A stretch of 64,000 nt of DNA from Candidatus Latescibacterota bacterium (GTDB taxonomy: Bacteria > Latescibacterota > UBA2968 > UBA8231). The DNA is taken from the NCBI GenBank assembly GCA_965223905.1, contig CBDCXV010000002.1, positions 224,001 through 288,000 on the forward strand, read 5' to 3'. Both the position numbers and the translations under genes were made by a program. Positions 40,485 to 49,769 of this stretch are shown here, piece after piece; the stretch's first letter is position 1, and each line of letters opens with the position of its first letter. Under the pieces are notes generated by a model, which saw only the letters and a list, made by a program, of their open reading frames with translations, made no database searches and was not told where the DNA came from.

Positions 40485-41948
40485 GGGTCTATCCGGGTTT
40501 TTCAACGCCGAAACGTAAGTACGGAAAGTACCTGAGCCCTTGCTGTCCATCTGAGTACATGACAAGGCCATAGGTCGTTCCCTATGCTTGGTGTATCCCC
40601 ATCAAGCACTCCCCAAGAAAGGGAAGGGAAGGCGACCTATGACCGCTATGAAGTTCGTCTCCAAGCTGTTCCAATTCAAGGGATTTCGCGCGGTGGGCGT
40701 GTGCTTCGAAGGACACGGGGAAGAAGCGGCCGTCGTGGTCGCGGTGAAGCCCCAAAGGAACGGGTGCCGGTGTCCCGAGTGTGGGCGCCGCGGCAAGATC
40801 GTACAGGTCATGGAGTTCCGCCGCTGGCGCGACGTCCGCGTTTGCGGCCGTACCCTCTGGTTGCACCACGCCCCTCGGGAGATCCGCTGCCCGACCCACG
40901 GCCGTCGCGTCGAGGAGGTGCCCTGGGCGGCGCCCTCGGCCCAGGTCAGCTACCGCTTCGAATACCTGCTGCTGAGGTACTGCCAGTGGATGACGCAGGC
41001 CGCCGCCGCGCGCCTGCTGGGTCTGGCCCCGTCGACCCTGTCCGACCAGCTGCACCGGCTCATCGAGCGCCGGCGTACGGGGCACCGCATCCGCCGGCTG
41101 AAGACCCTCGGCATCGACGAGATCTCCTACGCCAAGGGCCATAAATACGCTACCCTGGTCTACGACCTGGAACGCTCCCGTGTCGTCTGGGTCGGCAAGG
41201 GCAAGGCACGGAAGACCATCGACGCGTTTTTCCGGGACCATCTCAGCGCCTTCCAGAAGGACCGCATCCGCTGGGCCTGCTGCGACCTGAGCGAGACCTT
41301 CATCGGCGCCATCCGGCAGCATTGTCCCAACGCCGAGTTGGTCCTGGACCGATTCCACGTCGTCAAGGCCCTCAACGAAGCCGTCGACGAGGTGCGCAAG
41401 GAGCAGTGGCGGCAAGCCTGTGGCGAGGACCGCAAGCTGCTCAAGGGCCTGCGCTGGGTGCTGCTGCATCACTCCGCCCAGCGCTCGCGAAAGGATCGGC
41501 GCACGCTCCAAACCCTGGAGAAGGCCAACCGCCGCATCTACCGCGCCTGGCGCCTGAAGGACGAGTTCGAGCACTTCTGGCGCTACAAGGCGCGCTGGGC
41601 CGCCGAACGCTTCCTCAAGAAGTGGACGACGGCGGCCCTGCGCAGCCGCCTGCAGCCCCTGCGCAAGTTCGTCAACACGGTGCGCAAGCAGGCGGCCGGC
41701 ATCACCGCCTTCGTCGACACGCACCTGACCAACGCCGCCGCCGAAGGGCTCAATCGCATTATCCGCATGGTCAAGAATCGAGCCAGTGGATTTAAAACTC
41801 TGGATGCCTTTGCCGACCTGATTTACCTGTGCGTCGGAGACCTCGATATCCCTGCGCAGATTCCGGCCCGATTCCGTACAGTATGAAACCCTAAAAATCT
41901 CATTGGGGAAACGCTATAAATACCACGTTGAAAAACCCGTATATAGCC
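40485..41948 (+). mobile_element. ISL3-family insertion sequence
   Basis: IRs GGGTCTATCCGGGTTTTTCAACG and GGCTATATACGGGTTTTTCAACG (20/23); TCGGATA direct repeat on both flanks. Confidence 0.93.
40588..41886 (+). CDS. ISL3-family transposase
   Basis: CPECG zinc finger, GIDE, DRFHV, TNAAAEGLN; likely start ATG 40639 or 40648. Confidence 0.95.
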   Translation: MVYPHQALPKKGKGRRPMTAMKFVSKLFQFKGFRAVGVCFEGHGEEAAVVVAVKPQRNGCRCPECGRRGKIVQVMEFRRWRDVRVCGRTLWLHHAPREIRCPTHGRRVEEVPWAAPSAQVSYRFEYLLLRYCQWMTQAAAARLLGLAPSTLSDQLHRLIERRRTGHRIRRLKTLGIDEISYAKGHKYATLVYDLERSRVVWVGKGKARKTIDAFFRDHLSAFQKDRIRWACCDLSETFIGAIRQHCPNAELVLDRFHVVKALNEAVDEVRKEQWRQACGEDRKLLKGLRWVLLHHSAQRSRKDRRTLQTLEKANRRIYRAWRLKDEFEHFWRYKARWAAERFLKKWTTAALRSRLQPLRKFVNTVRKQAAGITAFVDTHLTNAAAEGLNRIIRMVKNRASGFKTLDAFADLIYLCVGDLDIPAQIPARFRTV

Positions 41949-42466
41949 TCGGATATCTCGCGGATTTCCCAGACGCACGCAGATGCAGGAAAGCCCCTGA
42001 TCTGCATAAACCCGCGCCAGTGCCTCCCCCCAACATTTCGTGGCGCCGTAGACATTCAGCGGATAAACCGGCCGGTCCCAGCGCACATCTAGCTGCCGAT
42101 TCTGATACCCGAGCATCGACTGGCCGCTGCTGGCAAACACGATCCGTCTGCACTTGGCTTCGTGCGCAGCCTGGAAGGCGTTGTAGGCGCCGATAACATT
42201 GAGGGGTAGCAAAGTTTCAAAGAACTTGGCGGTGGGGTCGGGGTCTGCTGCCAGGTGGACGACGACATCGATGCCCTGACACGCCTCCAGCATCTGGTCG
42301 TATTCGGTGATATCAATACTCACGGACCGCTCATGGGTCGCCAGGTCCTGAACCGGCTGAACATCTGCCAGTCGGAGCGCGTAGCGATCACCCCACTGCG
42401 TTCGCAGGATGGTTCCGTAACGTCCGGCAGCACCGGTGATGAGAACCGTGCCCATATCCCGCGCCT

Positions 42467-43705
42467 TCAGCGCACGACCTCCATGACGCGATTCGTGATC
42501 GACCCCTCCTGAGTCAGGGCGAAGACGATGATATTTATGCCGAACTGAAGATGGCGGCTGCCCTCGTTGACCCCGGTGAGGCCGCTGTTTCCACCGTTCC
42601 AACCCGCCGAAATACCCTGATAGGAAAAGACTGCAACGAGCCGACCGTCCATTTCGACGCCGACAATGTAGTCGATGGTGCTGCGATCCTCCCCGGTCCT
42701 GGCCCCCACCGGTTTCGGAGGCCGGTCAAAATCGAAGTAACAGTGAAAGATGGGATGGTCGTTTGGCAATCGTTTGAACTGGGCGTGATGGCCTACCGTG
42801 GCCAGGGCGTCGCTGATCATCAGCCGCAGGAACTGATCCGCTTCGCCGTCGCGAGTTCCCGCATCGGCGAGAATGAACCCTCCCCCCTGCAAGTACCTGC
42901 CCAGATTGTTAAGTTCGCCCTCCGTGAGGGTGAAAAGCATGCTCGGTACGAATACCCAGGGCACGTCGAGAAGTTCCCTTGAGCTGAGCGAGAGCCGGTT
43001 GGAAAAGTCAGCGTGAATGCCGGTGAACTCGTTGAGCGCACTCACCAGATTGCCCATAGCAAAGGGGGACTGGAGAAGCTCGGTCTGGAAATTGCCGGAT
43101 CCCTGGACGACCATGCGCTCGACCATTCGCGCAGAATAGACCTGGGCGATGTGAAGATATCCTTTGATGTTGCGTTTGTTGTCCGGGTCCTGGATGACCA
43201 TCGCCTGATACTTGCCAGTGTCCAGGAAGTCCAGGTTGAGGAGCTGTTCCTTCAGGTCGATCTTGTTGTCTGGCTCCTTCGAAGTCGACACTCCGATGTC
43301 CGTCACTCCACCACCCAGATCGATGGCGACGAGCTCTGCCCCGGCGTCCAGATTTACCTGCGGTGCGGTCAACGAGCGCAGCGAGATGCCACCCGTCCCG
43401 GCGGTCACCAGCTGTGAAGTCCGCGCCTTCAGCTCGATCTGCTGCCGCACCATTTTGCGCTGGCGCGGCCGCGGTTTCTTGCGCAGCTCCATCGGCTTGG
43501 TCATGCGCGGTTGCCGCTGAATGAACCGCGTTGTCAGAGGACGAAACTCAGCTTCCCCGCCAAGCTCCATCGCGCGCATCATTATCCCAACATGAGCCAG
43601 CATGGCGAGGACAACACAGCCCACCAGCAACGGCAGCCCTCGGTTGAGCAGGCGCGTCAGATCGACGTCGGACGCCGGTCCTGTGAATCGGGAACTCACC
43701 CCCAT
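42467..43705 (-). CDS. DUF4159-domain protein with N-terminal TM anchor
   Basis: TM containing His, Pro/basic linker, L.RYL.GGGFILAD, LP.DHPIFHCYFDF, QFGINIIVFALTQ. Confidence 0.8.
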   Translation of the reverse strand: MGVSSRFTGPASDVDLTRLLNRGLPLLVGCVVLAMLAHVGIMMRAMELGGEAEFRPLTTRFIQRQPRMTKPMELRKKPRPRQRKMVRQQIELKARTSQLVTAGTGGISLRSLTAPQVNLDAGAELVAIDLGGGVTDIGVSTSKEPDNKIDLKEQLLNLDFLDTGKYQAMVIQDPDNKRNIKGYLHIAQVYSARMVERMVVQGSGNFQTELLQSPFAMGNLVSALNEFTGIHADFSNRLSLSSRELLDVPWVFVPSMLFTLTEGELNNLGRYLQGGGFILADAGTRDGEADQFLRLMISDALATVGHHAQFKRLPNDHPIFHCYFDFDRPPKPVGARTGEDRSTIDYIVGVEMDGRLVAVFSYQGISAGWNGGNSGLTGVNEGSRHLQFGINIIVFALTQEGSITNRVMEVVR

Positions 43706-43899
43706 GGCTTTGACCAACCTGCACGCGAGTAGAGAGGATTCGGGCGCGCACACCCACAGCCTTGCTACAAACGCAGCGCGAACACGAAGGGCACTTCAAT
43801 CTACACTATTCAGAACGCTGGAAGTCTCCGTAGATGGGCGCATCTCCAGCTTGCCACAGAAGTTCTCTATATCCATTTCGAGCGAATTGATATAACCCG

Positions 43900-44158
43900 G
43901 GGACCAGGGTCTTTGCCCGCAGCCCCGGGTTGCACTCGAGGGCTCGCTCACTCCCGGCCACACGGGCTCGAAAGGATCCACTCGCATGCGCCGTCTGTGG
44001 GCGATCTTTGGCTTGGCTTGGCTGGGCAGTCGTCCTGCCCGCCGGTATTTACGGGAGGTCTTCTCGTCCATATCCCCCTTGGCCGCGGCCAAGGCGAGGA
44101 GGTCTCTGCTGTGCAGGTGCTTCATCAGCCTTCTCACCTGGGTATCGGAATCATCCAA
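43900..44158 (-). mobile_element. IS21-family istA N-terminal remnant
   Basis: QVRRLMK...AAAKGDMDEKTSRKYRRAGRLPSQ...R.DPFEPVWP, then the sequence degenerates. Confidence 0.75.
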
Positions 44159-44234
44159 CCTCCATAGGATACAAGTGGTATCAATAATACCACCTGCGCC
44201 AGAAACGGGAAGTTCTGACGCGGACCGCCTCCGT

Positions 44235-45470
44235 CTACCAGCGCATGACCGAGCCGTCCAAACGCCGCATGTTGCCGAACATCTCTGGCACCTCGGCCGT
44301 GAGCGGGTACTTCGAGGCCAGATCTCCGTTCACTTCGATCCCCCACCCTGGCGCTTCGTTAGCCCACAGGTAGCCGTCTCTTGTTTCGGGCGTGCCCGGA
44401 AAGATGTCGAGCATCTGCTCATTGAAGGCGGTGCGCTCCTGAATTCCGAAATTGTGACACGCCAGATCGAGGGCGACATTTGCGGCGTGACCCACGGGTG
44501 AGACATCGGCGGGACCATGCCAAGCGGTTTTCACCGCGAACTGCTCTCCCAGGGTCGCGATCTTGCGGGCAACACTCAACCCTCCGACGAGGGAGATGTG
44601 CACGCGGATATAGTCGATGAGCCGACCTGTGATCAGGGGCACCCATTCGTGTGGACTGTGGAATTTCTCCCCAACGGCGATCGGCGTCGAACACTGCTGA
44701 CGGAGAATCTCGAAGTGGCCGATCTCTTCTGCCGGCAGGGGATCCTCGACAAAAAAGAGGTTGTACGGCTCCAGTTGCTTGCAGAGAACGACCGCTTCTG
44801 CCGGAGGAACGACTTCGTGTATGTCGTGCAGCAGATTGATTTCCTCTCCGCAGCGTTTCCGCACCGTGTCGCAGACCTTGACGATGGCCCGCATGTAAGG
44901 CCGGGGCTCGAACAGCCAGGACCCTTCGACACTGGCCGTCGTCTTCAGGACCTCTTCGCCGCTCGACTGGATGCGTACGTTGCGATAGCCCTCTTCCATG
45001 AACCGCAGCACTTCGTCGGCCGTCTCTTCCGGAGTTGATCCGCCGGCGTGGACGTAGACGTCGGCGGCGTTGCGGCACTTGCCGCCCAGCAACTGGTACA
45101 CAGGCATGTTGGCGCGCCGTCCTTTGATATCCCACAACGCCTGATCCACCCCGCTGAGTGAATTGTTCAATACCGGGCCGCTGCGGTAGACGCTGCTCAT
45201 GTAGGAAGATTGCCAGATATCCTCGATCTGATCGACGTCCCGGCCAATCAGAAAGGGCCGCAAGAACTCCTCGACCGAGGTCCTGACCGCGAGTGCACGC
45301 AGGGTCATCGAGGCGCAGCCGTATCCGTAAAGGCCTGGTTGATCCGTCTCGATTTTTACGATACCTAGGGAGACGCCCTGCAAAGTGATGCCGATAAACT
45401 TCACATCACGTATCCTCGCGAGGGGAAGACCTGTGTCGGTTGCGGTGCTGGCAACTCCGTCATCATTCAC
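44235..45470 (-). CDS. Enolase-superfamily sugar-acid dehydratase (ManD/RspA-like)
   Basis: DQALWDIKG, HDIHE, FVEDP, GE, TAWHGPADVSPVG. Confidence 0.88.
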   Translation of the reverse strand: MNDDGVASTATDTGLPLARIRDVKFIGITLQGVSLGIVKIETDQPGLYGYGCASMTLRALAVRTSVEEFLRPFLIGRDVDQIEDIWQSSYMSSVYRSGPVLNNSLSGVDQALWDIKGRRANMPVYQLLGGKCRNAADVYVHAGGSTPEETADEVLRFMEEGYRNVRIQSSGEEVLKTTASVEGSWLFEPRPYMRAIVKVCDTVRKRCGEEINLLHDIHEVVPPAEAVVLCKQLEPYNLFFVEDPLPAEEIGHFEILRQQCSTPIAVGEKFHSPHEWVPLITGRLIDYIRVHISLVGGLSVARKIATLGEQFAVKTAWHGPADVSPVGHAANVALDLACHNFGIQERTAFNEQMLDIFPGTPETRDGYLWANEAPGWGIEVNGDLASKYPLTAEVPEMFGNMRRLDGSVMRW

Positions 45471-45562
45471 AGCTTGTTTCCTGTCCTGATATGGGCGGGA
45501 ATATAGCCGGCGGCGACTCCTCTGCGCTGTTACGACCGTACGGAGAGCGCCGTCCTGCTTTC

Positions 45563-45690
45563 TCAGGCGAAGCGGTCAATGCCGCCGATGATGCGATACA
45601 CGGTTTGCACCGGTGGGCACGGGGACGCCCTGCCCAGGCTTTGGCCACGACGTAACCGAGCGTCTCTTCGATCTCCATTTGCGCCGTTCC
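45563..45690 (-). pseudogene. Ketopantoate reductase (PanE/ApbA) C-terminal remnant
   Basis: MEIEETLGYVVAKA / GVPVPT / TVYRIIGGIDRFA* across frameshifts. Confidence 0.5.
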
Positions 45691-45836
45691 AAGTCCTGTA
45701 ATGCGGACATCCGGTGGGAGCGGCTGGGCTCCCCGGGGAAGGGCGCAGTCGAGGTTTATAAACGATCCGTTACGTTTCCGACCGCCCCGCGGACCAGAAG
45801 GTAGCGATCTCGAGAGCATGCACCAATCGACCTCGT

Positions 45837-46277
45837 ATGCTTGAACGCCGCCGCCGTCGGTCCGCAAGGCCGGTTCAGGGCTGGAACGAAAACGAACAAG
45901 CGGCCGAGCACGTCGTAGTCGTATACGACTATGACGTCGCAACCGGGTCGATCGAAAACCGCCAGGTTTTCGCCGAGTTACCGGAGGAAGGTGGAGCACC
46001 CGATGGACTGACCGTAGACTCCGATGGGTTCGTCTGGAGCGCCCGCTGGCCGGCTGGAGAGTGGGGAGACTGGACCCCGGTGACAAAGGAGAGCGCGACC
46101 CCAAGCTGCCGCAGCCGGTGGCCAGCAGTTGCTGCTTCGGCGGCGAGAATCTCGATGAGCTCTACATCACCTCAGGCGGGGAGCGACGAGGCTCGGAAAA
46201 AGCATCCCGGTACAGGAGACCTGTTCTGGGCGCATGTCGGGATCGTGGGTCAGGTGGAGCCGAAGTTCGCCGGCTGA
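45837..46277 (+). pseudogene. SMP-30/gluconolactonase C-terminal remnant, frameshifted
   Basis: YDYDVATGSIENRQVF..PDGLTVDSDG.VWSA; SCCFGGENLDELYITS lies in another frame. Confidence 0.85.
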
Positions 46278-46357
46278 AGGAGCAGGCAAAGCGTTCGCAC
46301 ACTCGTCCAGCCAATCTGCTCGACCCGTCGAATAGACTGGATATTCGCCGCCTTCCG

Positions 46358-48049
46358 TCAGTCCCCTTCGCCTTCGCGCAGCGTCACCATCCGGTTTACG
46401 GGGAGATCTTCCCACGAGTCGGCCTGCCCACTTGGCCAGTGCACCTTCACCCGCTCGACGAGCTTCTCTGCTCCGAGACCGAAGTGAATCCGCGGATCGT
46501 TCGAGGCCAGGTAACTGGCGCCGGAGACCACCTCCTTTACCTGACGGCGACCTCCCGACCACAACTCGATGCGAGCGCCGATGCCGTCGCGGTTGCTGCG
46601 CGTGCCAGTCAGGTGCACTGTCAGCCAGCGACCCGAGTTGTCATTGTTGCCGCCGTCGTTGCGCAGCAGTTCCGCGGGCCCATTGTTGTTATTCACCAGA
46701 ATGTCGACGTCGCCGTCGTCGTCGTAGTCTGCGAAGGCGGCTCCGCGACTCACCCAGGGAACCGCCGATGCCAACCCAGCGGCGGAGCTCACATCCGCGA
46801 AATGCCCGTCGTCATTGCGAAACAGCTGGTTGGGCTGTTTGTAAGTCAGCACCTTCTCCATCTGGTCGATGTTGTGGAGCACATGGCCGTTGGCGCAGAA
46901 CAGATCGAGGTCACCGTCGTTGTCGAAGTCGAGGAACCGGGCCCCCCAGGCCAGGGGCAGCAGGGTCGGCCCGGTCAGACCGGCAATGGAAGTGACGTCG
47001 CTGAAAAAACCATTCGCCAGATTGCGGTAGAGCGTATGGGTCTCGAATGAGAAATTGACGACGAACAGATCCTGGTAGCCATCCAGGTCGAAATCCCCGA
47101 AATCAACGCCCATTCCGGCTTCCACCTCACCACCGCCGTTGTGACTGACGCCGCGCATCATACCCGCCTCTTCGAATCGTCCGTCACTGCCGTTGATCAA
47201 CAACTGGTTCGCCACGCGGTCGTTGGCCACGAACAGATCGACATCGCCGTCCAAATCGTAGTCGGAGCAGGCCACACCGAGACCCTTGCCCTGGGCAATT
47301 TCGGTCATACCCGTTGCCGCGGTTACATCCCTGAAATGTCCTTCTCCTTCGTTGTGGTAGAGGCGGTCGGGGACGCTGTCGTAAGAATCCGGCCCGCAGT
47401 AGGCGCGCAGATTCCAGTCGTAGCAGGGGATGTGATATTCGACCTCAAAGTCGACGTAGTTGGCCACGAACAAATCGAGCTGGCCATCGTTGTCGTAATC
47501 GATCCAGGCTGCGGCGGTGCTCCACAGAGAGTCCCCGACGCCCGCCGTTGCCGTGATCTCGGCGAAGCGGCCGGTTTCGTTTCGATAGAGCGTGTTGGCC
47601 CCGAAGTTGGTTACGTAGAGATCGGCGTCTCCGTCGTTGTCGTAGTCTGCTGCCGCGCAACCCATTCCATAAGCCGTATCCCCTGCGCTGGTAGCGGCGG
47701 TTACATCGGTGAACAGTCCCTGTGAGTTGTTGCGGTAAAGCCTGTTGGCAGGAGGCACTTCATATCTGTACCCAGGAAGAGGGGCGCCGTTGACGAGATA
47801 AATGTCGAGAGAGCCGTCCCCGTCGTAGTCGAGGAAGCCTCCTCCCGAACCGACCGTTTCCACGTAGTAGAGTTCGCCGCTGCCGCCGTGGGTGTGGGTG
47901 AAGTCCACACCGGAGGCGCTCCCGACCTCTGCAAACCGAACGGATCGCCCCGGCGGCTCCGCCGTTGTGGGATCAGTCAGGCTTGCAGCAGCGAGACCGG
48001 CGCACAGCAGGAGTGGCGATCCTGCTCTATTGCGCATCCGCCGGAGCAA
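46358..48049 (-). CDS. CRTAC1-family protein (FG-GAP repeats + ASPIC/UnbV)
   Basis: DYDNDGDxDL repeats; SNRDGIGARI...IHFGLG...V.WPSG. Confidence 0.9.
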   Translation of the reverse strand: MLRRMRNRAGSPLLLCAGLAAASLTDPTTAEPPGRSVRFAEVGSASGVDFTHTHGGSGELYYVETVGSGGGFLDYDGDGSLDIYLVNGAPLPGYRYEVPPANRLYRNNSQGLFTDVTAATSAGDTAYGMGCAAADYDNDGDADLYVTNFGANTLYRNETGRFAEITATAGVGDSLWSTAAAWIDYDNDGQLDLFVANYVDFEVEYHIPCYDWNLRAYCGPDSYDSVPDRLYHNEGEGHFRDVTAATGMTEIAQGKGLGVACSDYDLDGDVDLFVANDRVANQLLINGSDGRFEEAGMMRGVSHNGGGEVEAGMGVDFGDFDLDGYQDLFVVNFSFETHTLYRNLANGFFSDVTSIAGLTGPTLLPLAWGARFLDFDNDGDLDLFCANGHVLHNIDQMEKVLTYKQPNQLFRNDDGHFADVSSAAGLASAVPWVSRGAAFADYDDDGDVDILVNNNNGPAELLRNDGGNNDNSGRWLTVHLTGTRSNRDGIGARIELWSGGRRQVKEVVSGASYLASNDPRIHFGLGAEKLVERVKVHWPSGQADSWEDLPVNRMVTLREGEGD

Positions 48050-49769
48050 AGAAGATCAGCTGTGGCTTGGGGTGTACCGGAAGCTCCTCGAAGCGGCGCA
48101 GAGCGGCGCGCGCCTCGTCGGCCAACCCCAGCTTGAAGTCGGCCTGGGCGAGACCGTAATGGGCGTATTTGTGCTCCGGATTCCTTTTTATGGTCTCCTC
48201 GTACATCGCTGCTGACTCTTGTGAGCGCCCCTGCCCGTCGTATACCTTGCCAAGCTCGAAGTAGGCCTCCGCATATTCGGGATTGCGTTCAATCGCCCTC
48301 ACCAGGCTTTTCTCTGCAGCGGCCAGCAAACCGTGTCGCGATTTCGTCACACCGAGGCTATAGTAGGTCAGTGCTGAGTTTGGGTCGCGGACGGACACCG
48401 CTTCAAACTCGCCGGCAGCGCGCTCGTACTGACCTATGTTCAGATAGACGTGGGCGAGATTGTACTGATACAGTATCTCCTCTCTGCCGCCCTCGTCCAC
48501 CGCCCACTGCAGAAACTGGATCGCTTCGTCGTACTCACCGTGCTCTTTGAACAGGATCAGGGCGAGGTCGTTATAGGCTGGCGCAAATCCCGGATCGATC
48601 TGGATGGCGGTCCGGAGGGCAACCATGGACTCGTCGAAGCGCTCGAGTTGTGCCAATGCCAATCCGAGACCGCGATAGTTCGCGGCGTTGTCAGCATCCA
48701 GCTCGATGGCCGCCCGGTAGTGGGACAATGCAAGGGCGTGGCTGCGGTGGGCTATCGCTTCCTGGGCGGCCCTGCGTTCGATCCGCGAAGCTTTTGCCGG
48801 CTCAGTACCCAGAACCTTGTCTCGCGCGTGGAGCTCGAGGCCAAGTCTGGCCGATCGGTACAGGCGCGCTTCGCCGGCAGCGGGCCAGCCGCGGCTTTTG
48901 TACAGCCGGCCCAGATCGTACTGATCCCTGGCGATATCGGGGTGGATCATTTTCAGGGCGCCCCGTTCGATGTACTCCGGTCTGTTCTCCTTGAGGTCGT
49001 GGAGGCGCTCCATGGCAGCCTCGGCTTCCGAGGTCCTGCCGGCCTTGCGATAGAGTCGACTCAGTTGGTAGTACACTTCGAGGAAATCTTCGTCCAGGTC
49101 TCGGGCCCGCTCAAGCGAAGCGATGGCGAGAGAATCCTGTCCCAGGCGCGCTCGCGCCTTGCCCAAGCCATACCAGCACTCCGCCTGATCCGGATCGAGC
49201 CGGCTGGCCAATGCGTACTCTTCCAGTGCCTCTCGTGGTTTGTTTTTACGCAGAAGGATTGAACCGAGGTAGCGGCGGGACAGGCTGCTCATGGGATCGA
49301 TCTGCAGCGACGCTTGAAAGGCGAGCCGGGCGCGGTCGAGAATTCCTCGGAATTCATAGACGATGCCGGCGTTGTAGTGGTAAGCCGGATGACCTGGATC
49401 CAGTTCGATTGCCCGCTCGAAGGCGGCGCAGGCCTCGTCGTACTGTCGCTTGCGGGTTTGGGCGATCGCCAGACCGTGGTGTGCCTGCGCCAGCGTCGTG
49501 TCGAGCGCCGTGGCCATGGCGAAGTAGGTCCTGGCACTGTCCGTCTGACCTCTGGCGAGGAACAGGACGCCCAGTTCATAAGGCCAGAGTGCGTCGGCCG
49601 ATCGAGTGGCGATCCCAAGGCGCAGAAGCTGCTCAGCCTGTTTGAATCGCCTCGCCTCCATCAAGTGAATGGCCTGACGAAGATCTCGCTGCCCGATCGC
49701 CTCGAGGCCGGAGCTCACGAAAATGGTGAGGGCCACCACACCGGCAAAGGTAGTCCTCCTCCCCCTCAT
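48027..49769 (-). CDS. Tetratricopeptide repeat protein
   Basis: Multiple TPR units; signal-like N-terminus. Confidence 0.85.
   Translation of the reverse strand: MRGRRTTFAGVVALTIFVSSGLEAIGQRDLRQAIHLMEARRFKQAEQLLRLGIATRSADALWPYELGVLFLARGQTDSARTYFAMATALDTTLAQAHHGLAIAQTRKRQYDEACAAFERAIELDPGHPAYHYNAGIVYEFRGILDRARLAFQASLQIDPMSSLSRRYLGSILLRKNKPREALEEYALASRLDPDQAECWYGLGKARARLGQDSLAIASLERARDLDEDFLEVYYQLSRLYRKAGRTSEAEAAMERLHDLKENRPEYIERGALKMIHPDIARDQYDLGRLYKSRGWPAAGEARLYRSARLGLELHARDKVLGTEPAKASRIERRAAQEAIAHRSHALALSHYRAAIELDADNAANYRGLGLALAQLERFDESMVALRTAIQIDPGFAPAYNDLALILFKEHGEYDEAIQFLQWAVDEGGREEILYQYNLAHVYLNIGQYERAAGEFEAVSVRDPNSALTYYSLGVTKSRHGLLAAAEKSLVRAIERNPEYAEAYFELGKVYDGQGRSQESAAMYEETIKRNPEHKYAHYGLAQADFKLGLADEARAALRRFEELPVHPKPQLIFFAPADAQ

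Larger units (their letters stand above)
40259..42455 (-). pseudogene. NAD-dependent epimerase/uronate-dehydrogenase-like gene interrupted by ISL3
   Basis: TGAAGRYG, YGATK; removing the IS and one target copy restores NPRDIREGEVDPDVPCVSLSHRD in frame. Confidence 0.9.
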
